From positions 1,856,001-1,920,000 of the forward strand of contig OZ242195.1 in the NCBI GenBank assembly GCA_965205975.1: 64,000 bases of DNA, given 5' to 3'. Positions 28,330-38,792 of the stretch are shown piece by piece; position 1 is the first letter of the stretch; each line of letters opens with the position of its first letter. The notes beneath the pieces are model-generated. The model did no database searches. It saw only the letters and a list, made by a program, of their open reading frames with translations, and had not been told where the DNA came from. The DNA comes from Candidatus Latescibacterota bacterium (GTDB taxonomy: Bacteria > Latescibacterota > UBA2968). A program made the position numbers and the translations under genes.

Positions 28330-29264
28330 ATTATCTATCGCGCTTTGCCCCCTTGCTGGGCCTATTTGCAGTGTACGGCCTATTCGCCATTCTCGGTCCC
28401 GACAGCTTTAGCAGCGGCCGCAACCTCGAGACCATCGCGCGTCAAACAGCCATTGTCGGCACAGCAGCGCTCGGCATGACCCTCGTCATTATTGCCGGGG
28501 GCATTGATCTCTCTGTCGGCTCCATCATAGCCCTGACCACCGTCACCATCGCAGCAGCGCTCCAGGCTGGCCTGTCACCCCTGTTCGCTGCACTCATCGG
28601 CATACTCACAGGCGCCCTGTGCGGCCTTGTCAACGGCCTGATTATCACCCGTTTTCGCGTCGTACCTTTTATCGTAACACTCGGCACGCTACTGCTCGTG
28701 CGCGGCATTGCCAAAGGACTGGCCAGCGAACAGAAAATCGACGCTCCCCTCACCTATCTCATCGACCTGCTCGCAGCACTTCCGCAAGATGCGTGGTGGA
28801 TATTCCCGCCCGGCGTATGGCTCCTCATCATCCTCGCCCTCCTCACCGTCGGATTCCTCGCCTATACGCGCCCGGGCAAACACATCGTAGCCATTGGCTC
28901 CAATGAAAACACGGCTCGCCTGTGCGGCATTCGCGTTGAAGCCACCAAATTACTCGTCTATACCCTCGCCGGAACATCCGCAGGCATAGCCGGACTCCTC
29001 CAATTTTCGCGCCTCACGGTAGGCGATCCCACGGTCGCTGTTGGCCTCGAACTCGACGTCATCGCAGCCGTTGTCATCGGCGGGGGCAGCCTCTCGGGCG
29101 GCGAAGGCTCGGTACTCGGCAGCGTGGTCGGTGCCCTGATCATGACCGTCATTCGCTCTGGCTGTTCACAAATGGGCCTGCCAAATTGGGTGCAGGAAAT
29201 CGTCACTGGCATTATTATAGTCACCGCGGTAGCTGTCGATAGACTGAGACATCGAGAAAGATAG
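28326..29264 (+). CDS. Sugar ABC transporter permease
   Basis: GGIDLSVGS, PFIVTLG, ELDVIAAVVIGG; GTG start overlapping the upstream stop. Confidence 0.95.
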   Translation: MNYLSRFAPLLGLFAVYGLFAILGPDSFSSGRNLETIARQTAIVGTAALGMTLVIIAGGIDLSVGSIIALTTVTIAAALQAGLSPLFAALIGILTGALCGLVNGLIITRFRVVPFIVTLGTLLLVRGIAKGLASEQKIDAPLTYLIDLLAALPQDAWWIFPPGVWLLIILALLTVGFLAYTRPGKHIVAIGSNENTARLCGIRVEATKLLVYTLAGTSAGIAGLLQFSRLTVGDPTVAVGLELDVIAAVVIGGGSLSGGEGSVLGSVVGALIMTVIRSGCSQMGLPNWVQEIVTGIIIVTAVAVDRLRHRER

Positions 29265-29382
29265 TGAATACCCATCTCTGTTTTTTGCAACTTATTTCCC
29301 ATACCTGAGTTAGAAAAAACATATCTTATTGCAGACCGGAGCCAACGCCATGGCTCATTCACCCATTTCAAGGAGTAAACCC

Positions 29383-29829
29383 ATGCAAACCCGACGCACT
29401 CTCTCCCTCATCGCCCTCGCTTTTTTGTTCACCACAGCCCCTGTCTTTGCAGGCACCGTGGAAGTAGAAGGCGAAGGCACGCCAGCCCTGTACGTGGTCA
29501 AAGTACACGCCGACTGGTGCGGCTCCTGCAAGGCACTGGTGCCCATTCTCGACGAAGTCCGAGAAACCATGTCTGCCGAGCCTGTTCTCTTTCTCACCCT
29601 GGATGTAACCGACGCAGACCGCACCGGCCAGGCCCGCCTGCTGGCCGCAGCCCTCGGCATAGAGCAACATCTCAAAACCAATAACAAGACCGGACTGGTC
29701 CTGATCATCAACCCCTCGGACAAGGCCCTGCTGGAAACCCTGACTAAAGAAAACACCGCCGATGAAATGGTCGGCAAAATTGAGGGTCATATTGCTGAAA
29801 CTGCGGACGCAGACGATATGGATATGTGA
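29383..29829 (+). CDS. Exported thioredoxin-family protein
   Basis: Signal peptide and ADWCGSCK; RBS AAGGAG. Confidence 0.85.
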   Translation: MQTRRTLSLIALAFLFTTAPVFAGTVEVEGEGTPALYVVKVHADWCGSCKALVPILDEVRETMSAEPVLFLTLDVTDADRTGQARLLAAALGIEQHLKTNNKTGLVLIINPSDKALLETLTKENTADEMVGKIEGHIAETADADDMDM

Positions 29830-29925
29830 GGCAAGAGATCAAATTACGGTGCATCACTTAGCGATCACTGGGCGATGCACCTGAAAAATCAACTATATTA
29901 CAATGCTACTTATCGGAATCACAAC

Positions 29926-31203
29926 ATGAACAAAGACACCGCATTTCAAATGGGAGCCTCAAACCTGCGCTTTGGGGTAGGGACAACGCGAGAGATCGGC
30001 ATGGACCTTTCCGACATGGGCCTCAAGCGCGTCCTCGTCATCACCGACCCCAACCTCGTCGATCTACCCCCTGTTCAAACCGCGAGAGAGAGCCTGGAAT
30101 CCGAAGGCATAGAATACGATCTGTTCGATCGCGTACGCGTGGAACCCACAGATATCTCTTTCAAAGACGCCATTGCAGTCGCCACAGAAGGTGCTTACGA
30201 AGGCTATGTCGCCATTGGGGGCGGTTCATCTATCGACACGGCAAAAGCAGCCAATTTATTTGCAACCTATCCCGACGACTTCTTCGCCTATATCAACGCA
30301 CCCATCGGCCAGGGCAAACCCGTTCCCGGCCCCGTCAAACCCCTCTTTGCCATTCCCACCACAGCCGGTACGGGAAGCGAAACCACGGGCGTAGCCATTA
30401 TGGACCTCTCTGACCGCCACGTCAAAACCGGCATTGCACACCGCTATCTCAAACCCGACCTCGCCATTGTCGATCCCGAAAACACGCGCACCATGCCGCC
30501 TTCCATCGCGGCGGCAACCGGCCTCGACGTCCTTTGCCACGCCCTCGAATCCTTCACCGCTATCCCCTATACCGAACGCCCCAGACCCAATCGCCCAATC
30601 GAACGCCCCGCCTATCAAGGCGCCAACCCCATTTCCGACATGTGGGCACTCAAAGCCATTGAAATGACGACGCAATACCTGCCCCGCGCGGTTCGCAACC
30701 CCGATGATGACGAAGCCCGCGCGCAAATGATCCTCGCCGCATCGCTCGCTGGCATCGGCTTTGGCAATGCAGGCGTTCACCTCTGCCACGGCATGTCGTA
30801 TCCCGTCTCAGGTATGGTGCGAGACTTCAAACCCAAAGGCATGATCACAGACCACGCCATCATCCCACACGGCATGTCCGTCGTCCTCAACGCCCCTCCC
30901 GTCTTTCGATTCACAGGACCCGCGCAGCCTGAACGCCACCTTCAAGCTGCTCAGATCATGGGGGCAGACATCTCCAACGCATCTCCCGATGAAGCGGGCC
31001 ACATTCTCGCCAATCAAATCGTCGCCCTGATGAAGCAACTCGAAGTCCCCAATGGTCTGTCAGCAATCGGATTTACCGAAAGTGACATCCCTGCACTCAT
31101 AGAAGGCACCCTCCCCCAACACCGCGTCACCAAGCTCTCACCGCGCCCCGCAGAAGCCGAAGATTTGGAAGCCTTGTTCAAAGATGCAATGGTTGCATGG
31201 TGA
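29926..31203 (+). CDS. Hydroxyacid-oxoacid transhydrogenase (Fe-ADH family, ADHFE1-like)
   Basis: GGGSSID, PTTAGTGSE, RPAYQGANPISD, GVHLCHGMSYP. Confidence 0.88.
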   Translation: MNKDTAFQMGASNLRFGVGTTREIGMDLSDMGLKRVLVITDPNLVDLPPVQTARESLESEGIEYDLFDRVRVEPTDISFKDAIAVATEGAYEGYVAIGGGSSIDTAKAANLFATYPDDFFAYINAPIGQGKPVPGPVKPLFAIPTTAGTGSETTGVAIMDLSDRHVKTGIAHRYLKPDLAIVDPENTRTMPPSIAAATGLDVLCHALESFTAIPYTERPRPNRPIERPAYQGANPISDMWALKAIEMTTQYLPRAVRNPDDDEARAQMILAASLAGIGFGNAGVHLCHGMSYPVSGMVRDFKPKGMITDHAIIPHGMSVVLNAPPVFRFTGPAQPERHLQAAQIMGADISNASPDEAGHILANQIVALMKQLEVPNGLSAIGFTESDIPALIEGTLPQHRVTKLSPRPAEAEDLEALFKDAMVAW

Positions 31204-31212
31204 AATCAAAGG

Positions 31213-31241
31213 TTGCCATTCTGTTTCTGAAATATTATGAT
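31213..31241 (+). promoter_or_regulatory. Sigma70-type promoter
   Basis: TTGCCA-N17-TATGAT upstream of the symporter. Confidence 0.55.
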
Positions 31242-31288
31242 GTAAGCACCAACAGCATTGATATGCAGGCATAACAGGAGGGGTTTTC

Positions 31289-33139
31289 GTGGACGCTAAA
31301 CTAATCTGGCTTTTTGCTTTTGTGGGACTTTACTGGGCTTATTGCCTCTTCTGGGGTGTCAGAGGCGCTATCTCTTCACGCACATCAACCGACTACTTCG
31401 TGGCCGGACGCACCATTGGCTTATGGGTATTTGTTCTTGCGGCCACCGCCACCAGCTTTTCTGGCTGGACCTTTGTAGGACACCCCGGCAAAATCCTCAT
31501 CGATGGCCTGCCCTACGCATTCGCTTCCTTCTATGCCCTCACAATACCCTTTACAGGCGTGCTCTTTTTGCGCCGCCAATGGGTCGTTGGTCGGGCGTTT
31601 GAACACATTACCCCCGGCGAAATGTACACCACCTACTACGGTGGCAATGCCATGCGTCTGCTCACGGTTCTCGTCGCCTTCCTCTTTTCAGTACCTTATC
31701 TCGGCGTACAACTCCGCGCCTCTGGCGACCTCTTCCACGTACTCACAGACGGCATGATCGGCATTGAAGTGGGAATGTTCGCCCTCTCTGCCATTGTTAT
31801 GATCTACGTCGCCTCCGGCGGTCTTCGATCCGTTGCCTATGTTGACTGCGCCCAATGCGTCTTGCTCGCCCTCGGCATTGTCATCCTGGGCGGCATCGCC
31901 ATCAGCTTTGCAGGAGGTTGGGGCGGGTTTACCGATGGCCTTGCAGCCTATGTCAAACAAGACCTTGCATCGGGCCAAAAACTCACCCCCGCCGGTCACT
32001 CAAATATTGTCGCTATGCCGGGAACGATCCAGGCCGTATCTTCAGGGGCAGAAGCACAGGGCAGCGTGTGGACCGGCATGATGTGCCTCACCTACATGTT
32101 CGCACTCATGGGCATCCAATCCTCACCCGCCTTTTCCATGTGGTGCTTTTCCAACAAAACCAGCGAACCTTTCCGCTGGCAGCAAGTCGTGGCATCCTCG
32201 ATTATCATCGGCATCATCCTCTTCACCTTTACCATCTTTCAGGGTATTGGGGGCAATATCCTCATTGCAAACGGCATCTTTGAATCCGCCAATGACAAAA
32301 ACCTCGTCCCCCAACTCATCAACCTGCTCACCGACTCAGCACCCTGGCTCGTTGGCCTGCTCGCAGTTTGTGCCCTCGCCGCAATGCAATCCACCGGCGC
32401 TGCCTACATGTCCACCTTCTCCGGCATGGTCACCCGCGACCTCTACAAACAGTACGTCGCCCCCGACGCATCGGACAGCGTACAAAAACTCTGTGGGCGC
32501 ATCTTCGTCATCGTCGTCACAGTGGTCGCGCTATTCGTCGCCGCACAATTCACCGGCGCCATCGTCATGCTCGGTGGCCTGGCAGTTGCCTACGGCTTCC
32601 AGATGTATCCGGCACTCATGGGCGTATGCTACTTCCCCTGGCTCACCCGCAAAGGCGTGGTCTGGGGCCTTGTTGCCGGCCTTATTGCCGTTACCCTGAC
32701 TGACCGTACAGTAGCCGTATTTGGGCTCCCCTGGGGTGCATTTCCTCTCACCATTCACAGCGCGGGCTGGGGCATCTTTGCCAACCTGATCATTGCCCTG
32801 TTCGTCTCAAAATTTGCCTCAGAAAACAACGGAGAACGCGAAAAACGCAAAAAACACCACGCCTTCATCCAGGCCGTCTCTGGCCTCACCGACGACCAGA
32901 AGAAATGGGTGACCCCGGCGTGGATCCTCACAGTTTTGTGGTTCCTCGTTGGATTCGGGCCTTTTGCCACGGTTGGCAACACCCTATTTTCCGACCCCAA
33001 CACCCCGGCCACATGGGCACCTTTTGGTTTGCCCTCGCTGTGGGTCTGGCAACTCCTCATGCTGATCTTTGGCATCTTCGTCATGTGGATGCTCGCCTTC
33101 AAAGTCGGCCTCTCCAAACCCGTTCCGTCGAAAACGTAG
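31289..33139 (+). CDS. Sodium:solute symporter family protein
   Basis: DYFVAGR, ATSFSGWTF, GGLRSVAYVD, AAMQST; many TM helices. Confidence 0.92.
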   Translation: MDAKLIWLFAFVGLYWAYCLFWGVRGAISSRTSTDYFVAGRTIGLWVFVLAATATSFSGWTFVGHPGKILIDGLPYAFASFYALTIPFTGVLFLRRQWVVGRAFEHITPGEMYTTYYGGNAMRLLTVLVAFLFSVPYLGVQLRASGDLFHVLTDGMIGIEVGMFALSAIVMIYVASGGLRSVAYVDCAQCVLLALGIVILGGIAISFAGGWGGFTDGLAAYVKQDLASGQKLTPAGHSNIVAMPGTIQAVSSGAEAQGSVWTGMMCLTYMFALMGIQSSPAFSMWCFSNKTSEPFRWQQVVASSIIIGIILFTFTIFQGIGGNILIANGIFESANDKNLVPQLINLLTDSAPWLVGLLAVCALAAMQSTGAAYMSTFSGMVTRDLYKQYVAPDASDSVQKLCGRIFVIVVTVVALFVAAQFTGAIVMLGGLAVAYGFQMYPALMGVCYFPWLTRKGVVWGLVAGLIAVTLTDRTVAVFGLPWGAFPLTIHSAGWGIFANLIIALFVSKFASENNGEREKRKKHHAFIQAVSGLTDDQKKWVTPAWILTVLWFLVGFGPFATVGNTLFSDPNTPATWAPFGLPSLWVWQLLMLIFGIFVMWMLAFKVGLSKPVPSKT

Positions 33140-33216
33140 AATCACAGCGCAAAGCGCTTTTTGCAGAATAAAAAAGCTCGGTGGAAAATCCACCGGTATT
33201 TCATGGAGATAGATGA

Positions 33217-33429
33217 ATGGCAAAGCCTCACATCCCTCTAAAACTGGATAGAACAGCTCTCTCTATAGGCTCACTTTCCGACACGTCGGAAGAACGTACA
33301 TATTGGCTTACCCAAACGCCTCGCGAGCGCCTGAAACAAATCGAAATTCTTCGTCGGATCAATTATGGAAATCGAGCTACCAGACGACTTCAAAGAGTTC
33401 TTGAAGTTGCTCAACGAACATGGCGTTGA
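33217..33429 (+). CDS. Small hypothetical protein, partner of the downstream nucleotidyltransferase
   Basis: YWLTQTPRERLKQIEILRRINYG; RBS GGAG; overlaps the next gene by 65 nt. Confidence 0.6.
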   Translation: MAKPHIPLKLDRTALSIGSLSDTSEERTYWLTQTPRERLKQIEILRRINYGNRATRRLQRVLEVAQRTWR

Positions 33430-33811
33430 ATATCTCTTGATTGGTGGCTATGCTGTCGGTTATTACGGTTACCCACGAGCCACTAACGATTTAGATATTT
33501 GGATTGCAGTCCATCCTCAAAATGCCGAACGCCTGGTCACTGTCCTGCAAGCCTTTGGATTCCCCACATCCGATCTATTTGCAAACATATTTCTCAATGG
33601 AGAAGACATCATTCGCATGGGCGTTCCTCCAATGCGTATTGAAATTATTCCATCTATCTCTGGTGTTGATTTTGATACATGCTATGCAGAACGCATCGTG
33701 GATACCATAGATGAAATTCAAGTCACTCTAATCAGTCTTGAGCACTTAAAGGCGAACAAAAAAGCCAGCGGAAGATTCAAAGACCTCGACGATTTAGAAC
33801 ACCTTCCTTAA
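33365..33811 (+). CDS. Pol-beta-superfamily nucleotidyltransferase (AbiEii-like motifs)
   Basis: YLLIGGYAV..PRATNDLDI, KKASGRFKDLDD. Confidence 0.8.
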   Translation: MEIELPDDFKEFLKLLNEHGVEYLLIGGYAVGYYGYPRATNDLDIWIAVHPQNAERLVTVLQAFGFPTSDLFANIFLNGEDIIRMGVPPMRIEIIPSISGVDFDTCYAERIVDTIDEIQVTLISLEHLKANKKASGRFKDLDDLEHLP

Positions 33812-33817
33812 AAGCCT

Positions 33818-34852
33818 TCAATATTCCCACAGATCATCGTCGAACCACACCCCAAACCCCGGTCCCTCACCTGGTGCCATTTTGCCATCCATAACTTCCG
33901 GCTGATCGCGCACCCAATTCATCCAGGGGCGCCTACTTTCAGCCAGCGGATCGGGATCGAGTGCGACAATCGCGTGCAGCGCCCACACCTCTCCCCCACG
34001 ATGCGGACACACCTCTGTATTGTACTCCTTCGCCAACGCGTAAATTTTCACCAACTCTGTCAATCCCCCGCACCAGCACACATCAGGTTGATAAATAGCG
34101 TGTAATCCCCGCTGCATCAGCGCCTCAAATCCACGCGCCGTATATTCGTGCTCGCCACTCGCAATGGGAATGGGACTCTCGCGCATCAACCGTTCATAGC
34201 CGTCAAAATCCTCTGGCAAAAGCGGCTCTTCCAACCAGTCCAAATTGAACTCAGCCAACCGATCCGCAGCGCGCAATGTGCCCTCTACATCCCACGACAT
34301 TGACGCATCGCACATCAACTGAATATCGGCACCCACGGCTGCTCGTGCATCCGCAAAAAAATCCGCTATGGCATCCAATTCACTGTGGGGATCCATCCCG
34401 CCAACACCAAATTTTAATGCCTTATAACCCAGCGCGAGTGCGCCCTCAAGACCATCCCGCGACCACCCCGTGCGATACGACGGCACCGCCATTCGCGTTC
34501 CACCCAGCACTTCGACAAGCGGTTTATTCGCCCGTTTGCCCCGCAAATCCCACAATGCCAAATCCACACCACTAATCGCCATCATCGCAATCCCCTTGTA
34601 TCCATAAGCTGCGGTATGGCGATACATCGCATCCCACAACCCCTCGACATCCTCGGCATTCGCGCCGATTAACACCTCGCGCAACACCGTCTGAACCACA
34701 TGAATACCCGCCGGGCCGCCTCCACCAACACCGTATCCCGACAACCCATCATCCGTATCAATACGAACGAGAATCTGTCCAATCGTTCCGCGCCAACCAG
34801 CAGGCGCGCGATCCGCCTCGGGCTGCACTGCGCGAACATGTGTAATGATCAT
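33818..34852 (-). CDS. Mandelate racemase/muconate lactonizing enzyme family
   Basis: ISGVDLALWDL, KALKF, WLEEP, GEHE, QPDV. Confidence 0.93.
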   Translation of the reverse strand: MIITHVRAVQPEADRAPAGWRGTIGQILVRIDTDDGLSGYGVGGGGPAGIHVVQTVLREVLIGANAEDVEGLWDAMYRHTAAYGYKGIAMMAISGVDLALWDLRGKRANKPLVEVLGGTRMAVPSYRTGWSRDGLEGALALGYKALKFGVGGMDPHSELDAIADFFADARAAVGADIQLMCDASMSWDVEGTLRAADRLAEFNLDWLEEPLLPEDFDGYERLMRESPIPIASGEHEYTARGFEALMQRGLHAIYQPDVCWCGGLTELVKIYALAKEYNTEVCPHRGGEVWALHAIVALDPDPLAESRRPWMNWVRDQPEVMDGKMAPGEGPGFGVWFDDDLWEY

Positions 34853-34967
34853 ATGCGATCTCCTATTAAAAATAAAAAATAATTGCCATTCTGCGTCTTG
34901 ATATAAGACCCGATTCAGGATATATTTACTACAACTGACTTACCCGCCAAATTCCCGGAGAAATATA

Positions 34968-35709
34968 ATGGATAAAACAATCAGACGCACGCCTGATGGA
35001 AAGCCCGAACGGCGCACGCCCGATGAAATGCTGCGCGATGCCGTATCAGACGATACCGATATTCCCGGCAAGGGCAAGCCACTCGACTTAAAAGCGTATT
35101 TCCGTCCCAATGAGGAACATCGCATGGCGGGCAAAATTCTGCGCGACAACAACGTGCTTCCCGCACATCTCCAGGAGCGCAAAGATGCGGAAGAATACCT
35201 CAAAAAAGCCGAAGAGCACCTGCAGCGCGCAACCGAAAAAATCGCACCATTGCAAAAAGCAATACGCCCCCTCGCGCAAATACTCATCCGCACATTTTCC
35301 AACGACAAAGAGATGTGCGAAGCGCTTGGCCTGAACGCACTACCAGAAAATTTTCACCCCAACGCGAAAACGCCGCCCGCGTCCGATCTCCTTGAGACCA
35401 TCAGCACCTTCGACCAATTGTGCAAACAATACAATGCACGGGTGCGCGACCTGACATACCGCTACCTCGAAAACCTGCGCCTCGCGCACGAAAATATCGA
35501 AGCCAGCAAAAAGCGGCAACTCGTCAACCGCTCGCTTTTGCCAGCTTATGCACCCATTGCCAAAGTCGATATCAAAGCGCAGAGAAAATACATACAAAAG
35601 ATGTTTCCCCCTCCTGCCCGAACGCCCACGCGACTGGCAATCGCGTCTCAAAACATGGCAACGCTCTCAAAAGCCATCCCTCTGGCATCGCATGTTCAGA
35701 TCTGTCTAA
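34968..35709 (+). CDS. DUF1992 (DnaJC28-like domain) protein, probably frameshifted at 35607-35611
   Basis: DIPGKGKPLDL..KILRDNNVLP. Removing one C gives a plausible C-terminus ending at TAA 35709; as given, the ORF runs to 35840. Confidence 0.7.
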
Positions 35710-35724
35710 TCTTCTTTTTTCTTT

Positions 35725-35778
35725 ATCTGTGTACATCTGCGAAAAACGCTCAAATTATTCGCGTTTTTTTCTGCGGAT
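35725..35778 (-). repeat. Inverted GCAGAT repeat with internal hairpin
   Basis: atctgtgtac-atctgcg[aaaaacgctcaaattattcgcgttttt]ttctgcggat on the + strand. Confidence 0.65.
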
Positions 35779-35878
35779 ACCTCCACCTGACCCACTCCTA
35801 TCTTGTCTTGACGCATTATCCAAATTCTTGTAATTTATAAGTAAGTAAACACTTTCTTTTTTTATCAGGAGTTGATCT

Positions 35879-38176
35879 GTGGCAAACGGTTCCGAGATAA
35901 ATCTTCTGGAAATCCCTCCGCAGCACATTTTAGATGGCCTTATCCCATCGCACGAAACGGTCCAATTATCGGTCAGTACCGACATTTGTCTCGATGGCAC
36001 GTATGGCATCGCTTATCTCCTCGCCACGGACAAACACTTGTTTGCAATCAGCCCCAACGGCGATTCGACACCACACACAGAGCGTATCCCACTTTCAGAA
36101 ATTACCAATCTCGAAGTCAAAGACCTGTTTGGCAACAGCTTACTCAAAGTCCGCACCGGAACCACAGGTGCCACACTCGCGCGATTTACCAAAGGTCAGA
36201 ACCAGAAATTCAATCGGATAACGCACCAACTTGAAACCCTTGTAAAAGACGCACGCAAAACCGAAGAAAAAATCGCAAAAGGCCAACTTGGGCGTGCGAT
36301 TTCGGGCAGACGGTGTGACGTGTGCGGCACAATCATTTCCCGCAGAGTGGGAGTCTGCACCAACTGTCTCGACACCCGGAAACTGCTGTATCGCTTGCTC
36401 GCCTATGCGCGTCCCTACTGGAAACTCGGAACCCTGAGCCTTGTCCTGCTCCTCACCGCGACATTCATTGGCCTTACCCCACCGCTTTTGATGCGCGAAC
36501 TCATCGATGGCGTACTCGCACCTTCTGCAACATATGAAACGACCTTCTTCCGCGACATCACAAACAGTATATTTGGGATACCAACCGGATACCAAATCCT
36601 CTATTTTCTCGTGGGCCTGCTCCTGCTGATCAACCTCTCACGATCGGGCCTTCGCGCCGTACGCTCGTATATCCTATCCGTTCTTGGACAGAAAATCACC
36701 TATAACCTCAGGAATGAGGTCTATCAGCACCTTCACCGACATTCTCTCAGCTTCTACAACGAACGCGAAACCGGCACCATTATGGCCAGCATCACCCAGG
36801 ATGTGGGGCGCCTGCAAGATTTTATCAGCGATGGCCTGCAAGAAATCATCCGCGACATCGTTACCATCGCCTTTATATGCATCATTCTCTTTACGATGAA
36901 TATCAAACTCGCCACCCTCGTTTTAATCCCCACGCCCCTTCTGATTATTGCAACCCTCAAATTTGGTCACCACCTGCATCGCACCTATCGCGGCCTGTTT
37001 CGGCGTTGGGCTGCCATCAGCGCACTCCTTGCCGACACCATTCCCGGCGTGCGCGTGGTCAAAGCCTTTGCACAGGAAAACCGCGAAGTGGGTAAATTTC
37101 AGACGCGCAGCGAAGACCTCCTCAAGGGCGAAATCAAAATTGCGGGCATTCGCAGCATCTTCAGTCCCGTCATGGCTTTTATTACATCTATCGGAACGCT
37201 GATTATATGGCTCGTGGGAGGCTCCTCGGTTCTCGACGGCGCATTGACCCTGGGCAACTTTGTGGCATTTACACAGTACATGTGGCAGTTTTATGGCCCG
37301 GTTGAAAGCCTCTGCCGCCTCAACCACCGCTTCCAGCGGGCCGCGTCTTCTGCCGAACGCGTCTTTGAAGTGCTCGACACGCAGCCCGACGTAACCGACA
37401 GGCGCAGCGCGTACCCAATGCCCTCAATTGAAGGACGCATCCAATTTGACGACGTGACATTTTCTTACGAACCCGGCAAACCCGTTCTCAAAAATCTCAA
37501 TTTTACCGTTGAACCCGGCGAAATGATTGGCCTCGCCGGACATTCTGGCGCGGGCAAAAGCACCCTGATCAACCTGATTTGCAGATTTTACGACATTGAG
37601 GACGGCGCAATTTTAATTGACGGACGCGATATCCGCACTGTCACCCTCAAATCCCTGCGCGATCAGATTGGCGTCGTTCTGCAAGACCCCTTTCTCTTCA
37701 ATGGGCCCATAGCCGAAAATATCGCATACGGCAACCCCGATGCAGCACTCGATGAAATCGTCGCAGCCGCCAAAACAGCCAATGCCCACGATTTTATCCT
37801 CCGCCTACCCGATAGCTACGACACACCCGTAGGTGAACGCGGCGTTCGGCTCTCGGGCGGCGAAAGACAACGCATCTCCATTGCGCGCGCGATCCTGCGA
37901 AACCCGCGTATTCTAATTCTCGATGAAGCCACCTCCAGCATGGATACAGAGACAGAATCACAGATTCAGGAAGCCCTTTACAGACTCGTGCAAGGGCGCA
38001 CGACCTTTGCCATTGCCCATCGCCTTTCCACGCTCAAACACGCAGACCGTCTCTTTATCATCGACCAAGGCGAACTCGCCGAGATGGGATCACACGCCGA
38101 ACTCATCGCCTACGATGGTATTTACGCGCGCCTTTGCCGCATGCAAACCGAACTGTCAAAACTTCGCGCGTGGTAG
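35879..38176 (+). CDS. ABC transporter, fused permease/ATPase, with N-terminal extension and CxxC-CxxC
   Basis: CDVC..CTNC, GHSGAGKST, LSGGERQR, ILDEATS. Confidence 0.92.
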   Translation: MANGSEINLLEIPPQHILDGLIPSHETVQLSVSTDICLDGTYGIAYLLATDKHLFAISPNGDSTPHTERIPLSEITNLEVKDLFGNSLLKVRTGTTGATLARFTKGQNQKFNRITHQLETLVKDARKTEEKIAKGQLGRAISGRRCDVCGTIISRRVGVCTNCLDTRKLLYRLLAYARPYWKLGTLSLVLLLTATFIGLTPPLLMRELIDGVLAPSATYETTFFRDITNSIFGIPTGYQILYFLVGLLLLINLSRSGLRAVRSYILSVLGQKITYNLRNEVYQHLHRHSLSFYNERETGTIMASITQDVGRLQDFISDGLQEIIRDIVTIAFICIILFTMNIKLATLVLIPTPLLIIATLKFGHHLHRTYRGLFRRWAAISALLADTIPGVRVVKAFAQENREVGKFQTRSEDLLKGEIKIAGIRSIFSPVMAFITSIGTLIIWLVGGSSVLDGALTLGNFVAFTQYMWQFYGPVESLCRLNHRFQRAASSAERVFEVLDTQPDVTDRRSAYPMPSIEGRIQFDDVTFSYEPGKPVLKNLNFTVEPGEMIGLAGHSGAGKSTLINLICRFYDIEDGAILIDGRDIRTVTLKSLRDQIGVVLQDPFLFNGPIAENIAYGNPDAALDEIVAAAKTANAHDFILRLPDSYDTPVGERGVRLSGGERQRISIARAILRNPRILILDEATSSMDTETESQIQEALYRLVQGRTTFAIAHRLSTLKHADRLFIIDQGELAEMGSHAELIAYDGIYARLCRMQTELSKLRAW

Positions 38177-38193
38177 CGAATAAAGGTATATAA

Positions 38194-38703
38194 ATGTCTT
38201 CACTCCCCAATCTGACCGGCGACCTCTCTTTACTCTCGCCCCGCGACATTCGCCTGTATCTCGACGATTTTGACGATCTCACACTCGACCTGCGCAGCGA
38301 AATCCACGAGCGGGTTGGTGTTCAGCGCGCTTTTCCGCTCAACGCGTCCACAAAATTTATCGTAATTCTAAATTCAGACGGCGACGAAATTGGCATTGTA
38401 CGCGACATGGCCGATCTCGACTCAGACAGCCGAGATGCATTGGAAATAACACTCGAACAGACATATTTTATGCCTCGCATTCTAAAAATAAATAGCATTG
38501 TTTCCAATTTTCACGTCCCCACATGGGATGTGGAAACAGATCGCGGGCACCGCGTATTTGAAATCCCCAGCAGCAAGCGCGACGTGCGCGTAATTGACGA
38601 CGTACGCGTGATCCTCCGCGATGCCGATGGCAACCGCTACGAGATCGTCGATTACCGTCGCCTTGACCCCGATAGCATTGCATTTGTGGAAACCATTGTT
38701 TGA
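38194..38703 (+). CDS. DUF1854-like protein
   Basis: RAFPL, YFMPRI, WDVETDRG, DADGNRYEI; follows the ABC gene. Confidence 0.8.
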   Translation: MSSLPNLTGDLSLLSPRDIRLYLDDFDDLTLDLRSEIHERVGVQRAFPLNASTKFIVILNSDGDEIGIVRDMADLDSDSRDALEITLEQTYFMPRILKINSIVSNFHVPTWDVETDRGHRVFEIPSSKRDVRVIDDVRVILRDADGNRYEIVDYRRLDPDSIAFVETIV

Positions 38704-38792
38704 AACCTGTATCTGGGGAACAATCGCACTACAATTTTCGTCAAAACCAAAATGAATTGATGCGCCTATTTTTGTATTAGAAAGGAGGGACC

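Noticed and set aside
29848..29881. ggtgcatc..gatgcacc hairpin as an ncRNA or riboswitch
   Set aside because: Single hairpin after a stop codon with no recognisable aptamer; most likely terminator-like.
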